From Candidatus Saccharimonadia bacterium (GTDB taxonomy: Bacteria > Patescibacteriota > Saccharimonadia > UBA4664): a DNA stretch of 64,000 nucleotides. The notes beneath the pieces were generated by a model. It saw nothing but the letters and a program-made list of their open reading frames with translations, was not told where the DNA came from and did not search any database. Location of the stretch: contig DASXHH010000002.1 in assembly GCA_036488585.1 (NCBI GenBank), forward strand, positions 12 to 64,011, read 5' to 3'. Positions 26,815 through 36,754 of this stretch are shown here, piece by piece. The position numbers and the translations under genes are program-made. How positions within the stretch are numbered: the stretch's first letter is position 1; each line of letters starts with the position of its first letter.

Positions 26815-28203
26815 TTATTCTCCTCTCATAACTTCGGCCGGGCGGACCTTAGCAATTAAGAACGCTGGAACGGCGCTACCAAGGACAGCGATGAGTAGAG
26901 CCGCGCCGAGTCCATAGAGCAGGATATCGTAACCGACGACGGCGTGTAGGCTCTGGAGGCTCTGGCCGCCGACGCCAAGCAGGCGGGCGAAGCCACGACC
27001 CGCGCCGCCGCCAAACCCACCGCCGGGGCCGGCACTAGAGATGGTGCTGTTTTGGACGAGCAGCCGGAGTACTGGGTTGCTGAGGATGAGCCCGCCGATT
27101 ACACCAACCACCGCGCCTGCCAGGGTGAGTGTGAGTGCCTCGGCGACGAACTGACCGGCAATCGTGACGTTGGAGGCTCCAATGGCCTTGAGTACACCGA
27201 TCTCACGGCGGCGCTCCCGAACGATCATGAGCATCGTGAGGAAAATGATGACCGAGCCGGCCACCAGCGCGCCAATGAGGCTGTAGAGGCTAACGGTTTT
27301 GATGTTTTCTAGCGGCTGGACGGCCTGGGTGACCTGCTGCTGGGCGTTTTGAACATCGGCGTTACCGCTGCCGAGCGCATTTTGAACGGCGGTAGTGGTG
27401 GACGCCAGATTGTCGACCGTGTCCACGGTGGCCGTGGCGCTGGTGACGTCGCCGGCCTGGCCGCTCAGACGTTGGATGGTGGGCAGAGCGAAGATGACTG
27501 TGTTGCCCTGGCCGCCATTGCTGCCGCTGTCGAAGATGCCGGCAACCGTGATGGTGGCGTTGTAGGCCTGGAAGGTGGAACCGACCTTGAGGTTGTTCTT
27601 GGAGGCCATGTCGGTGGAGATCAGCGCCTGGCTGGTATCCTTGGAGCCGTCGATGGCGGAGCCGCTCTTAATGGTGATGGACTGGTCGCTCAGGCTAGTC
27701 GGATCAGTGGTACCAAGCACCGAGACGGGCGGTGTGAAGCCGGCCGGAAGCTGGCCGCCGCCGCGAATGAACACGCGACCGCCGCCGCCACCGGAACCGC
27801 CGTTACCACCGGCGTTGAGTTTCACTGGGGAGGTAAGGCTGGTGGTGGAGTTGCTACCGGTATCTGCGAAGCGGCCGAAGCTAGGCGTAGATGAGCCCGT
27901 GGTGGGTAGGCGGTCCTGCAGCGTTTCAACCAATTTAGTGACATGTGGAACCTGCTTGACCTTGTCGAGCTGAGCGGTGGTGAGGGCGTTGTTGGCATCG
28001 CTAAAATTACTAAAGCCCGCGGGGGAAATGCTAATAGTGTTGCCGAGATTAGCTTTGACGCTGGTAATCCGGGCCTGCACGGTCTTGAGCGAAAGCAGCA
28101 TGACCAAGGCTAGTCCGACGCTCAGGGCCAAGATCACAGTGACACCGCCACTTCGGATGTTATTACGGAACGCATTGCGCACGCCCCGCGAGACGGTACT
28201 CAT
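26815..28203 (-). CDS. ABC transporter permease, FtsX/MacB-type with large extracytoplasmic domain
   Basis: 462 aa; TM1, about 280-aa periplasmic domain, three C-terminal TM helices (FtsX fold). Confidence 0.8.
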   Translation of the reverse strand: MSTVSRGVRNAFRNNIRSGGVTVILALSVGLALVMLLSLKTVQARITSVKANLGNTISISPAGFSNFSDANNALTTAQLDKVKQVPHVTKLVETLQDRLPTTGSSTPSFGRFADTGSNSTTSLTSPVKLNAGGNGGSGGGGGRVFIRGGGQLPAGFTPPVSVLGTTDPTSLSDQSITIKSGSAIDGSKDTSQALISTDMASKNNLKVGSTFQAYNATITVAGIFDSGSNGGQGNTVIFALPTIQRLSGQAGDVTSATATVDTVDNLASTTTAVQNALGSGNADVQNAQQQVTQAVQPLENIKTVSLYSLIGALVAGSVIIFLTMLMIVRERRREIGVLKAIGASNVTIAGQFVAEALTLTLAGAVVGVIGGLILSNPVLRLLVQNSTISSAGPGGGFGGGAGRGFARLLGVGGQSLQSLHAVVGYDILLYGLGAALLIAVLGSAVPAFLIAKVRPAEVMRGE

Positions 28204-28311
28204 AAGTTAAAAACTCCTATATTGCTTGTTGTACAACATAACTCACTAAATCTGAGGTTTTGCTTAAGGTGGAGCGGAGCTGTGCCGGTGGAGGCACTAT
28301 GGCTGACTTGT

Positions 28312-29361
28312 TTAGAAACGAAAGACAGGATGCTGGGCTGGGGCCTGGGTGACGGGCAGTTTAATGTTAAAGACGCTGCCGTGGCCGGGAGTTGATTCCA
28401 CCGTGATGGCACCGTGATGGAGATCGGTGATGCGCTTGGCAATGGAGAGACCAAGGCCATAACCACTCACCTGCTCCTTGGAGCGAGAACGATCGGCACG
28501 GTAGAAGCGCTCGAAGATATGCGGAATGTCGGAGGCGTTGATGCCGGTGCCTTGGTCGGCCACGGCCAAGTTTACCGACGGGCCGTTAGCGTGGCCGGAG
28601 ATCGTGACGGTGGATTTTTCGGGGCTGTATTTAATGGCGTTATCAAGCAAAATGGCGAGCAACTCGGTGAGGCTAGTGGCGTCACCCTCCACGGACGAGT
28701 CGTCGGCGTCGACCTCGAGGTTGATGTGACGCGCGGCCAGTTGGGTCTGGAAGCGGTCGATGGCGGCTTCGATGAGCTGACGGACAGGCACCGGCGAGAC
28801 GGCGGTGGGATCGAGTTTGTCGGAGCGGGCCAGCCGCAGGAGGCCAGCCGATAGAGCTTCGAGTTTGGCCAGCTCCTCGAGGTTTGAGTGGAGCAGCTTG
28901 CGGGCATCGGCGGCGGAAAGTTGCTTTTCGCGCAGGGCCACCTCGATTTCGGAGCGCATGGCGGTGAGCGGCGTGCGCAATTCGTGGGAGGCGTCGGCGG
29001 TGAACCGACCTTGCGCTTCCATGGCGTCCTGGATGGGAGTCAGCGTCCGCCGGGCGAGCCAAAAAGCCGCTCCCCCACCCAGCAGCAAGGTCGCCAAGTT
29101 GAGGGCGGAGAGGCGCAGCAGCAGGCTGCGGCGGGCGCCGTTGAGTTCGTCGGAGAGGGCCTGGATATAGTCATAGCGCTGAGACTCGAGGCCGAGCGGT
29201 ACTGGGAATCGCTCGATGGCGGACCGCTCGTGGTTGTAGTTGTCGGTCATCTGGCCGTCCGAAACGCGGAACAGGGCCGTACTAAACACAAGGCTGAGCA
29301 CCATGATTATGCCCAGGTACCAGAGGGTGAGGCGGAAAGCCGCGGATTGGATTAAGTGCAT
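28312..29361 (-). CDS. two-component sensor histidine kinase
   Basis: H-box 'SHELRTPLTAM', N-box 'LLDNAIKYS', G-boxes 'DQGTGI' and 'GYGLGLSIAK'; two N-terminal TM helices. Confidence 0.8.
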   Translation of the reverse strand: MHLIQSAAFRLTLWYLGIIMVLSLVFSTALFRVSDGQMTDNYNHERSAIERFPVPLGLESQRYDYIQALSDELNGARRSLLLRLSALNLATLLLGGGAAFWLARRTLTPIQDAMEAQGRFTADASHELRTPLTAMRSEIEVALREKQLSAADARKLLHSNLEELAKLEALSAGLLRLARSDKLDPTAVSPVPVRQLIEAAIDRFQTQLAARHINLEVDADDSSVEGDATSLTELLAILLDNAIKYSPEKSTVTISGHANGPSVNLAVADQGTGINASDIPHIFERFYRADRSRSKEQVSGYGLGLSIAKRITDLHHGAITVESTPGHGSVFNIKLPVTQAPAQHPVFRF

Positions 29362-29424
29362 TGCTAGTTATGTTTACTTCGTTAGTTTACTCCGACCGCT
29401 CAGGTATACTCTATTTTTCCTAGC

Positions 29425-30108
29425 TTAATCTTCGCTGATGCCGAGTTTGTAGCCGAAGCCGCGAACGGTATGGACGAGCTCGGGGCCGCGGAAAGGGCGT
29501 TCGATTTTGTTACGCAGATAGCCAATATAGACCTCGAGAGTGTTGGGGAGAATGTCGGCGTCGTAGTCCCAGACGTGGCTAATGATGTTGGCCTTGGAGA
29601 GGATGCGGTTTTGGTTGCGCATGAGGTACTCGAGCAGGGCGTATTCGCGCTGAGAGAGCTGGATTTTGCGGCCGGAGCGCTTAACTTCGAAGGTGGTGGT
29701 GTCGAGGGTGAGGTCGTCGAGGGTGAGGATGTTGCCGACGTGGTCTTGCGGGCGGCGGAGCAGGGCGCGCAGACGGGCCAGCAGCTCCTCGAAGGCGAAC
29801 GGCTTCACAAGGTAATCGTCGGCGCCGGCGTTGAGACCCTCCACGCGGTCGCCGATTTTGTCCTTGGCGGTGAGCATTATGATGGGGGTGCGGACACCGT
29901 TGGCGCGCACCTCCTTGCAAATTTCGGCGCCGTCGAGTAGGCCGGGTAGCATGCGGTCGAGCACGATCACATCGTACTCATCGGTGAGCGCGGAACTAAG
30001 ACCCTCTTCGCCATCGTAGGCCAGGTCCACAGCGTAGGATTCCTGCTCGAGGCCACGCTTGATGGCGCCGGCGATTTTGTGCTCGTCTTCTACGACCAGA
30101 ATTCTCAT
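29425..30108 (-). CDS. OmpR-family response regulator
   Basis: 'MRILVVEDEHKIAGAI…DVIVLDRMLPG…LTAKD' receiver plus winged-helix 'LTQREYALLEYLMRNQNRILSKANI'. Confidence 0.85.
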   Translation of the reverse strand: MRILVVEDEHKIAGAIKRGLEQESYAVDLAYDGEEGLSSALTDEYDVIVLDRMLPGLLDGAEICKEVRANGVRTPIIMLTAKDKIGDRVEGLNAGADDYLVKPFAFEELLARLRALLRRPQDHVGNILTLDDLTLDTTTFEVKRSGRKIQLSQREYALLEYLMRNQNRILSKANIISHVWDYDADILPNTLEVYIGYLRNKIERPFRGPELVHTVRGFGYKLGISED

Positions 30109-30154
30109 GTTACAGAGTGTAACGCCGATCGGCTGAGAATGCGCTGATATTTTG

Positions 30155-30724
30155 CTAGATGCGATCGAGATCGAAGAAGCGATGATGCAAACTGAGACAC
30201 ATGGCCACCTGCATGGCGCCGACCACTAGCCCCCAAACGCCGAGCACCCAGGTAAACGCCAGGCCGCTAGAGGCTGGGTAGCGCAGCTCAATGAAGCCCG
30301 CCACAATGGCCAAGGCGCCGCCGATAATAAGCAGGAACTGCCGCCCGGGTTCCTCGCCGGGCTCGAAGGCGGCAATGACCTCGATGATGCCGTACACGAT
30401 GAGCGCGATGCCGAGGACTGCGATGAAGGCGGCCAGCGCCAGCCGGTTTTTGAGCAGGTACACGCCGACGCCAATTTGGCCCAGGCCCAGCAGCAGCGAG
30501 AGGAACCACATACTCAGGCTGCCCTCCGCGCGAATGCCGACGATAATATTAATAACGCCGGCAATCAGCAGGTACACCGCGAAGGCAGTTGAGATCGCAA
30601 TAAGCGTAATACCGGGCCATACCACCGCCACAACGCCAAATAAGATAAGGGCAATGCCTCTGAGCATCAGCAGCCACCAGACTTCTCTGAGGTGCCGTCG
30701 AATTCCGTCCATACTAACCTCCAC
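30155..30724 (-). CDS. HdeD-family (DUF308) membrane protein
   Basis: 189 aa, six TM helices with the repeated 'LRGIALILFGVVAVVWPG' pattern. Confidence 0.65.
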   Translation of the reverse strand: MEVSMDGIRRHLREVWWLLMLRGIALILFGVVAVVWPGITLIAISTAFAVYLLIAGVINIIVGIRAEGSLSMWFLSLLLGLGQIGVGVYLLKNRLALAAFIAVLGIALIVYGIIEVIAAFEPGEEPGRQFLLIIGGALAIVAGFIELRYPASSGLAFTWVLGVWGLVVGAMQVAMCLSLHHRFFDLDRI

Positions 30725-30892
30725 ACTTAGGGCTTTTACTTATGAGCCATGGTGGGGCCGGGTGCGATGGATGTTTTTCCAATGTCAAACCGATTTAACG
30801 CTGCTGCAAGCGGTTTTGGGACGTTTTGGCGCAAATTACAACTGGAATTCAGATTGTGCGGAATGCCAACGCCGGCGCGACGTTGAGTGGAA

Positions 30893-30921
30893 TTGACCAT
30901 CCGTGATCGCGCAGGTATAAT
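30893..30921 (+). promoter_or_regulatory. sigma70-like promoter for tRNA-Asn
   Basis: TTGACC (30893-30898), 17-nt spacer, TATAAT (30916-30921), 19 nt upstream of the mature tRNA 5' end. Confidence 0.5.
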
Positions 30922-30940
30922 CGGCGGGTAAAACAGATAT

Positions 30941-31015
30941 TCCGGAGTAGCTCAGTGGTAGAGCAAACGGCTGTTAACCGTTGGGTCGTCGGTTCGAACC
31001 CGACCTCCGGAGCCA
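30941..31015 (+). tRNA. tRNA-Asn (anticodon GUU)
   Basis: TCCGGAGTAGCTCAGTGGTAGAGCAAACGGCTGTTAACCGTTGGGTCGTCGGTTCGAACCCGACCTCCGGAGCCA; anticodon loop CTGTTAA; encoded CCA. Confidence 0.85.
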
Positions 31016-31211
31016 GGAATTATTTGCAGATATAGGCGCTCAGATTGAGGCCTATTTTTGTTTCCGCTAGCTGTGAACTTCGGTTCTAGCCCGGGAAGGG
31101 CTCTTTATTGACTAATGATCATAATTATGGCATATTGAATAAGTCTGAGCCACACTCGTACCTATCACTTCCACGACAAGAAAAACCCTGCTACTCCGAG
31201 GAGCAACACCG

Positions 31212-32228
31212 ATGTCAGACAGCCCAATTATGGAGCTTGTGAAGAATTGCCTAGGCATCAGGCTGAGCGCCCGCATGCCCATGGCGACACGGCTCACCGG
31301 CGACCTGCCCGGGATCTTCGACGAAGAGATCACCTCATGGAGCTCGAGAGAGCTTCGCGAGGCCGCCCGGCGCAATGAAATCGACACCGCAACCATGGAT
31401 CAGCTGACCCTCGTGGTCCGCATCCTGGGGATCATCACCGAGCAGGCCCGCGAGTGGGTCGGCGTCCGGCTCCTGTGGGTGGCCGAGAGCCTCGGAAGCC
31501 CAGTGGGTGGCGCGCATTACGTGATGCCCCACATGTGGGTTGCCATGTACCCTGCCGATCCGTATCTCCTGGCCTTCCGGGCGGGAGAGCGCCATGGTCT
31601 CTGCACTTTCGGTACCGAGCTGAGCGTGTACCCCACGCAGAAGCTCGCTGACATGTTCGCAGAGCACGCGAGTGCGGAAGTCCTTAAGCCGGCCCAGTCC
31701 TCAGCCGAGCAGCTCTCCTATGAGGCTGCTCAGGCGGCACTACAGCGGCGGATGACCGAACTGGCCGCGACCGCGATCGATCTGGGGGATGAGCCCAGTG
31801 ACGTCATAGACCTGGCCGTGCTGGCCTCCAAGCTACTACCCCTACTCCACCAGCACTCGCCGCTACCCTGGCGCGTGCACGTCGACAACACCGACCCCGA
31901 CCAGTATTTCCACTGTGTGTGCGACGCCAACGGAGCCTTCGCGGATGACGCGGAGGGCCCCGATGGTAGCCGACTCATGGGAATGGTCAACGCCGGCAGC
32001 TTCGCCGGCATGGACGAGGAGGTCTTCCCCTGGCTCATCCGGACGGTCGTCGTTGACACCGACTATGGTGAGTTCCTCGGCCAGGAGCTGTCCTGGTCGG
32101 TCCAGCCCGGCGAGGGCGAGTCGGTCTGCGTCGTGTCCTTCAACGTCGGCGTCGTGGCCGATAACCTCACCCGCGCTGAAGCCGCATTCCTGATGCGGGC
32201 CGGTCGGCGCGAGCGGGATGACAGGTAA
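31212..32228 (+). CDS. hypothetical acidic protein (338 aa), no recognisable domain
   Basis: RBS GAGGAG 7 nt upstream; first gene downstream of tRNA-Asn. Confidence 0.5.
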   Translation: MSDSPIMELVKNCLGIRLSARMPMATRLTGDLPGIFDEEITSWSSRELREAARRNEIDTATMDQLTLVVRILGIITEQAREWVGVRLLWVAESLGSPVGGAHYVMPHMWVAMYPADPYLLAFRAGERHGLCTFGTELSVYPTQKLADMFAEHASAEVLKPAQSSAEQLSYEAAQAALQRRMTELAATAIDLGDEPSDVIDLAVLASKLLPLLHQHSPLPWRVHVDNTDPDQYFHCVCDANGAFADDAEGPDGSRLMGMVNAGSFAGMDEEVFPWLIRTVVVDTDYGEFLGQELSWSVQPGEGESVCVVSFNVGVVADNLTRAEAAFLMRAGRRERDDR

Positions 32229-32497
32229 CAGTGACCAACGACAGCCGCGCCCACACCGCAAGGGTGGGCGCGGCGACAACCTGAGTTCTCAAGCCACAGA
32301 GCTTGATACCTGAGGCTGATAAAGATTAGCAGCTCTAATGGCGAGGTGGCGGAGATATTGACAATATATAGCTTGAGTTGTATAATGTATACTGTTCTTG
32401 GATGAGCTTTGTCCTTACAGACCGCCAGAACACCTGTACGTTAAGACAAGATATCGCACCAGAGTGGAGCGCAGAATCGCTCCGGAAGGAGGCCGTT

Positions 32498-32944
32498 ATG
32501 GCCGCCATCGATACCCTCAACCGTGTCCTCGGCCTCGGCCGAGGGGTGCGCATCCACACCCATCTGTCACTCGTCAACCATGCCGCATTGGTTGAGGCCC
32601 TAGCCGAAATCGACGGCGTGACCGTCACCCGCGAGAGTGGGACGTCGAGTTTCTGCCACGGTGCCTACACCGCTCCCTGGTGGAAGGAGACGATCTCCGG
32701 GGCCGGCTACGACCTAACCGTGTCGTGGTCGCAGAACGCGGCCACCGGCGCTGACAACGGCATCTTCATCAAGGGAGATTGCCCGCAGTGGCGCGTTAAC
32801 ACGGTCAGCCAAATCCTCTACCTCGCGCGGCCCGGTGGCATGTTCCGTGATAGCAACATCGCGAAGCTCCGCTGCCTCGCCGAGTCTGAGCACCCCGAGG
32901 AGGCTGTCGCTGCTACAGCGGCACTGGCCGAACTGGGCGTGTAG
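32498..32944 (+). CDS. hypothetical protein (148 aa)
   Basis: Start set at ATG 32498 preceded by strong RBS GGAAGGAGG (longest ORF begins 32378); no recognisable domain. Confidence 0.45.
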   Translation: MAAIDTLNRVLGLGRGVRIHTHLSLVNHAALVEALAEIDGVTVTRESGTSSFCHGAYTAPWWKETISGAGYDLTVSWSQNAATGADNGIFIKGDCPQWRVNTVSQILYLARPGGMFRDSNIAKLRCLAESEHPEEAVAATAALAELGV

Positions 32945-33180
32945 TCCCCGAGCCCTTCGTCGATATGGGCGGCTTCCCTGGGGGCCAACGACGTCCGGCT
33001 GCCGTCTCTTCGTGAGGCGGTGGCCGGAGTACCACCCGAGTGTTCAAGCTCAATGTGTTTGAACCTTCAGGCGGTAGAGTGAACTGGACGGAACTGAGTT
33101 TGACTCAGTGACCCCAACCCTTCGAGCCAGGTCTTTAAGGTAATCGCCGTCTACCTTGAACTCGAACGATAGGTTCCTGA

Positions 33181-33423
33181 TTGAATCATGGATGGGGAGT
33201 CAAAGAACTTATGCTAATAACGGCTTGGCTGAGCCGTTATTTTTATGTCAGGAAAGGCTCGCATGCGGCAAACTACTGGGGAACCGGAGGCGGTCATCTT
33301 GAGCTCGGCGAGTCTTTACTAGAAGGGGCCTTGCGTGAACTGTCGGAGGAGGCCGGTGAACAGCTAAAGGTGAACACAGGAGAGGTCTTCTTCGACTCCT
33401 CCTTTAGCTCTGTGCAATCATAA
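33181..33423 (+). pseudogene. truncated NUDIX hydrolase fragment (80 aa)
   Basis: Contains a Nudix box 'GGGHLELGESLLEGALRELSEEAGE' but lacks the rest of the fold; flanked by 22-nt direct repeats. Confidence 0.4.
33194..33215 (+). repeat. direct repeat copy 1: GGGGAGTCAAAGAACTTATGCT
   Basis: 20/22 identical to 33449-33470; 15-nt core CAAAGAACTTATGCT also at 4237-4251. Confidence 0.6.
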
Positions 33424-33448
33424 TCGCAGTTTTAGCGTCCTCCGCCAC

Positions 33449-33470
33449 GGGGAGCCAAAGAACTTACGCT
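33449..33470 (+). repeat. direct repeat copy 2: GGGGAGCCAAAGAACTTACGCT, followed by palindromic hairpin GGCTTAATTAAGCC
   Basis: See copy 1; the GGAGCCA part matches the 3' end of tRNA-Asn (…CCGGAGCCA). Confidence 0.6.
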
Positions 33471-33611
33471 GAGGCTTAATTAAGCCTCTTTGTTACATCT
33501 AACAGAATTTATCAGTTTTTATGCTTTAGTAGCTTTCTCCTGGCACGAGAAAAAAGCCCATAGCGACGGAGAGGGGTGCTCGGACCTTCCTTATAATATT
33601 ATTTAATGAAA

Positions 33612-34286
33612 TCAGGGCAGGCTGAGAAATATGGGTTCGCTAGCATCAGGGGCCTTCCACTGCAGTTTGGTCACGCCGCTGGCTGGATCGAAGAGAACAA
33701 AGCCATCAGCGTGACCGCCTGCCAACACCGTTGAGTTTATCCATTCGTTTCCCATTGGCACCATTGGCGGTACTAAGGCTCCAGTTTTAGTAACACCTTT
33801 AAACCAACTATCGTTGACTTGGACCGAGTACGTTTGGGTGGACGGTGAATTGTTGTAAACGGTGAAATCAACTTGCTCGTACATAGTTGAGCTCGGTGCC
33901 GATGCCCAATAGGTGGTGGCAGGGACCTGCTTGACCCCATTGATGATAACAATACTGGTGGCGGCTAGAGGCTTCGGGCTGGGCGTAGCCTGAGGCGCAG
34001 TCGGTTTGGGATTCAGGGCTTTTTGAAGCTGATTATTTAGGCTGATCACCTGTTGTTTTAGACTGGAATTGCTGGCGTCTAGTCGCGCGTTAGTGTTATT
34101 AAGCGAGGAAATAGCGCTTTCTTTCCGAATTAGCTGTGCGTGTTGCCATGAATATGTAGCATAGGCAACGAGGGATAATAGAGCTATTTCACCGAGGACG
34201 ATGAGCACAGTCTTGCCAAGTGTTCGCCGTACAGATTGCAACTTGTGAGCGGAGGTTTCTTTGACTGGTTTGTCGGTTGTTTCCAC
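33612..34286 (-). CDS. hypothetical membrane-anchored protein with coiled coil and extracytoplasmic beta-rich domain
   Basis: 224 aa; TM 'VLIVLGEIALLSLVAYATY'; coiled-coil 'LNNQLQKAL'. Confidence 0.5.
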   Translation of the reverse strand: METTDKPVKETSAHKLQSVRRTLGKTVLIVLGEIALLSLVAYATYSWQHAQLIRKESAISSLNNTNARLDASNSSLKQQVISLNNQLQKALNPKPTAPQATPSPKPLAATSIVIINGVKQVPATTYWASAPSSTMYEQVDFTVYNNSPSTQTYSVQVNDSWFKGVTKTGALVPPMVPMGNEWINSTVLAGGHADGFVLFDPASGVTKLQWKAPDASEPIFLSLP

Positions 34287-34545
34287 TTATGCTTATTTTA
34301 GACTTGGCCATCGCCAGGTGTAAATAGCCTAGTCTGGCGCAAATAGTGCCTTTTGTCTCTTATTTGTGTAGGTCTGGGCTACCAAGGTTCTAACTTCATC
34401 TGCTATGGGGAGCCAGGCAATCATACTTCTCGATATAGGCATCAGGATTTTGGGGCCTATATTTTTTAGAAAATAGTTCTATCTGTAAATTAGGTTTTGG
34501 TTTGCAACGCGAAAAGCAAAAGCTGAGGCCTAGACGTGACAAAGA

Positions 34546-34974
34546 ATGTATTATAGACATATGAGGGCGAAATTGGACCGGGCGCTGAAGATGCCAGGCT
34601 GGGTGTCCGTGCTGTATGGGGCGATGGCAGTGGGACTGGTGCCGTGGATTGGGTTTTTGGCCGCGTCGTTGCCAAGCCGGCATGTCTCGCACCACTGGGA
34701 TCTGGCATGGACCGGTATGGACATAGGGATATTGGCGGCAGTTGTGGCGACAACATTGTTGGCGCTAAGACGGTCTGGTTGGGTAGTGATTTCGGCGACG
34801 GTGGTGTTTACACTGCTGATGACGGACGCATGGTTTGATGTGCTGACCGCCAGGCCGGGGCAGCAACTGGCTGACGCGCTGGGGGCGGCGATGATTGAAT
34901 TGCCGCTGGCAATAGTATCTTTATGGTTGGCACAAAACGTGGCTAAAGCGCTGCTAAACGCGACGCGGCGGTGA
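34546..34974 (+). CDS. hypothetical membrane protein (4 TM), coupled to MprF-like gene
   Basis: 142 aa; stop overlaps the next start. Confidence 0.5.
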   Translation: MYYRHMRAKLDRALKMPGWVSVLYGAMAVGLVPWIGFLAASLPSRHVSHHWDLAWTGMDIGILAAVVATTLLALRRSGWVVISATVVFTLLMTDAWFDVLTARPGQQLADALGAAMIELPLAIVSLWLAQNVAKALLNATRR

Positions 34975-36599
34975 CCGCCGAGCGTTACCAAACCTGGATT
35001 GTAAGGGCCGTGGCGGGCCTGATAATGGTGAACGGGTTTCTGGCACTGTTTCGCCCGCTGGCCGAGCGCATGAGCGAGCGGCTGGAGGAACTGCTGACAC
35101 CGGTGAGCGTGGACCTGGCCAGTAGGTCGCTGGACTTGCTGGTGGGGGTGACGCTGATTTACCTGTCAGTGCAGCTGCCGAAGCGCAAGCGGATGGCGTG
35201 GCGGATTGCGGTGATGGTGATGGTAGTAGCGGTGGTGTCCCATCTGCTAACGTCGCGACTGGCAGCTACCACGCTGACCGAGTTGCTAGGTCTGATGGCG
35301 CTGGTGACGACACGCGATTACTTTCGTGCGCGTAGTGAGCTGGCGAGCATCAACCAGGGATTGGTGGCGTTGGCAGCGAGTATTGTGGTGGCGCTGCTGT
35401 ACGGTACGCTGGGCTTTTGGCTGATGCTGAGGCGAGACTTTGGAATTGATTTCACCCTCAATCAAGCCATTGTTCATACACTACGCGCCTATACATTAAT
35501 GGGCGACCCGGACTTGATACCGCGCACCCGGCAGGCGGCATGGTTCTTGGACTCTCTGGCGATCGCCGGCACAGCTAGCATTGGGTTTGGGCTATATAGC
35601 CTGTTCAGGCCGGTGTCGTTTAGACTGCAGGTGCTGCCAGAAGAGATCCGGCGCATGACCAGTCTATTGGAGCGTTACAGCCGGTCGTCGGACGACTATT
35701 TTAAGATTTGGCCGCACGACAAGGCCTACATGTTCGCGAATGGGGCAGGCGTGGCGTACGGTGTAAAGTCGGGCGTGGCCATAAGCGTGGGCGATCCGGT
35801 GGTGGCGGACGGCAAGCTCGGCGAGGCGATACGAGCATTTGACGCGATGTGCCTAACCAGCGGCTGGAGCCCGGCGTTTTTATACATCGGTGAGTGGGGC
35901 TTGGGCGAGTATCGACGGGTAGGGCTCGACACGCTTAAGGTCGGCGAGGACGCTGTAGTAGACCTCAATCAGTTTGCCGAGGAAACCTCACGCAACAAGC
36001 ATTTTCGAAATATCCGAAACCGCTTTGAAAAGGCGGGTTACCGGGTGGAGCAGCTCCGCCCGCCACATGACCCGCAGCTGATGCGACAACTGGGGCGGAT
36101 TTCGCGAGCCTGGCTGCGACAGCCGGGGCGGCAGGAATGGCGGTTCTTTGCTGGACGGTTCAGTCTCCCCTATCTGCGCGAATGCGACCTGTTTGTAGCC
36201 TACGACTCGGATGGCTTGCCACGTGCGTTTGTAAACCTTATCCCAGTTTGGCGGAAAGGGTGGGCCACCATCGACCTCATGCGCTCCGACGGTGAGTCGC
36301 CCGGCGGCATTATGGATTACCTGTTAATGGACGTAATGCTACATCTGGGGAATGCCGGAGTGCAGAAATTTAACCTGGGGCTAGCACCGCTCTCCGGACT
36401 GGGCGAACCGGCCGGTAAGCCGGAAGAGAGGCTGCTTAACCTGATTTACAGGTCGAACCAGAAGCTTGTGTCTCTGAAGGGGCTGCGGCAATTTAAATCC
36501 AAGTTTGAGCCCGAGTGGGAGGCTAAGTACCTCGCTTACCGCGGGGGGTCCGGGCGGCTGCCTCGGATTGCCTACGCGCTCGCCCGGACGATGACATAG
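34971..36599 (+). CDS. MprF-like aminoacyl-phosphatidylglycerol synthase domain protein (about 6 TM + DUF2156 domain; no full flippase domain)
   Basis: 542 aa; C-terminal 300 aa match the lysyl-PG synthase domain ('FVNLIPVWRKGWATIDLMRSDGESPGGIMDYLLMDVMLH', 'LGLAPLSGLG'). Confidence 0.7.
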   Translation: MTAERYQTWIVRAVAGLIMVNGFLALFRPLAERMSERLEELLTPVSVDLASRSLDLLVGVTLIYLSVQLPKRKRMAWRIAVMVMVVAVVSHLLTSRLAATTLTELLGLMALVTTRDYFRARSELASINQGLVALAASIVVALLYGTLGFWLMLRRDFGIDFTLNQAIVHTLRAYTLMGDPDLIPRTRQAAWFLDSLAIAGTASIGFGLYSLFRPVSFRLQVLPEEIRRMTSLLERYSRSSDDYFKIWPHDKAYMFANGAGVAYGVKSGVAISVGDPVVADGKLGEAIRAFDAMCLTSGWSPAFLYIGEWGLGEYRRVGLDTLKVGEDAVVDLNQFAEETSRNKHFRNIRNRFEKAGYRVEQLRPPHDPQLMRQLGRISRAWLRQPGRQEWRFFAGRFSLPYLRECDLFVAYDSDGLPRAFVNLIPVWRKGWATIDLMRSDGESPGGIMDYLLMDVMLHLGNAGVQKFNLGLAPLSGLGEPAGKPEERLLNLIYRSNQKLVSLKGLRQFKSKFEPEWEAKYLAYRGGSGRLPRIAYALARTMT

Positions 36600-36754
36600 G
36601 CCTATCCTGCGCCTAGTGGTTATCAAACAAGCAGAATTCTAACTTCGTCCGCGACTCGAGCCAGCAATTATTATAGCTTTGTTAAGCTATCCTCTTCGTC
36701 AGTTGCGTATTACTAAAAAGTGCTAATCTAAAAATATATTGAGGAGAGCATATT

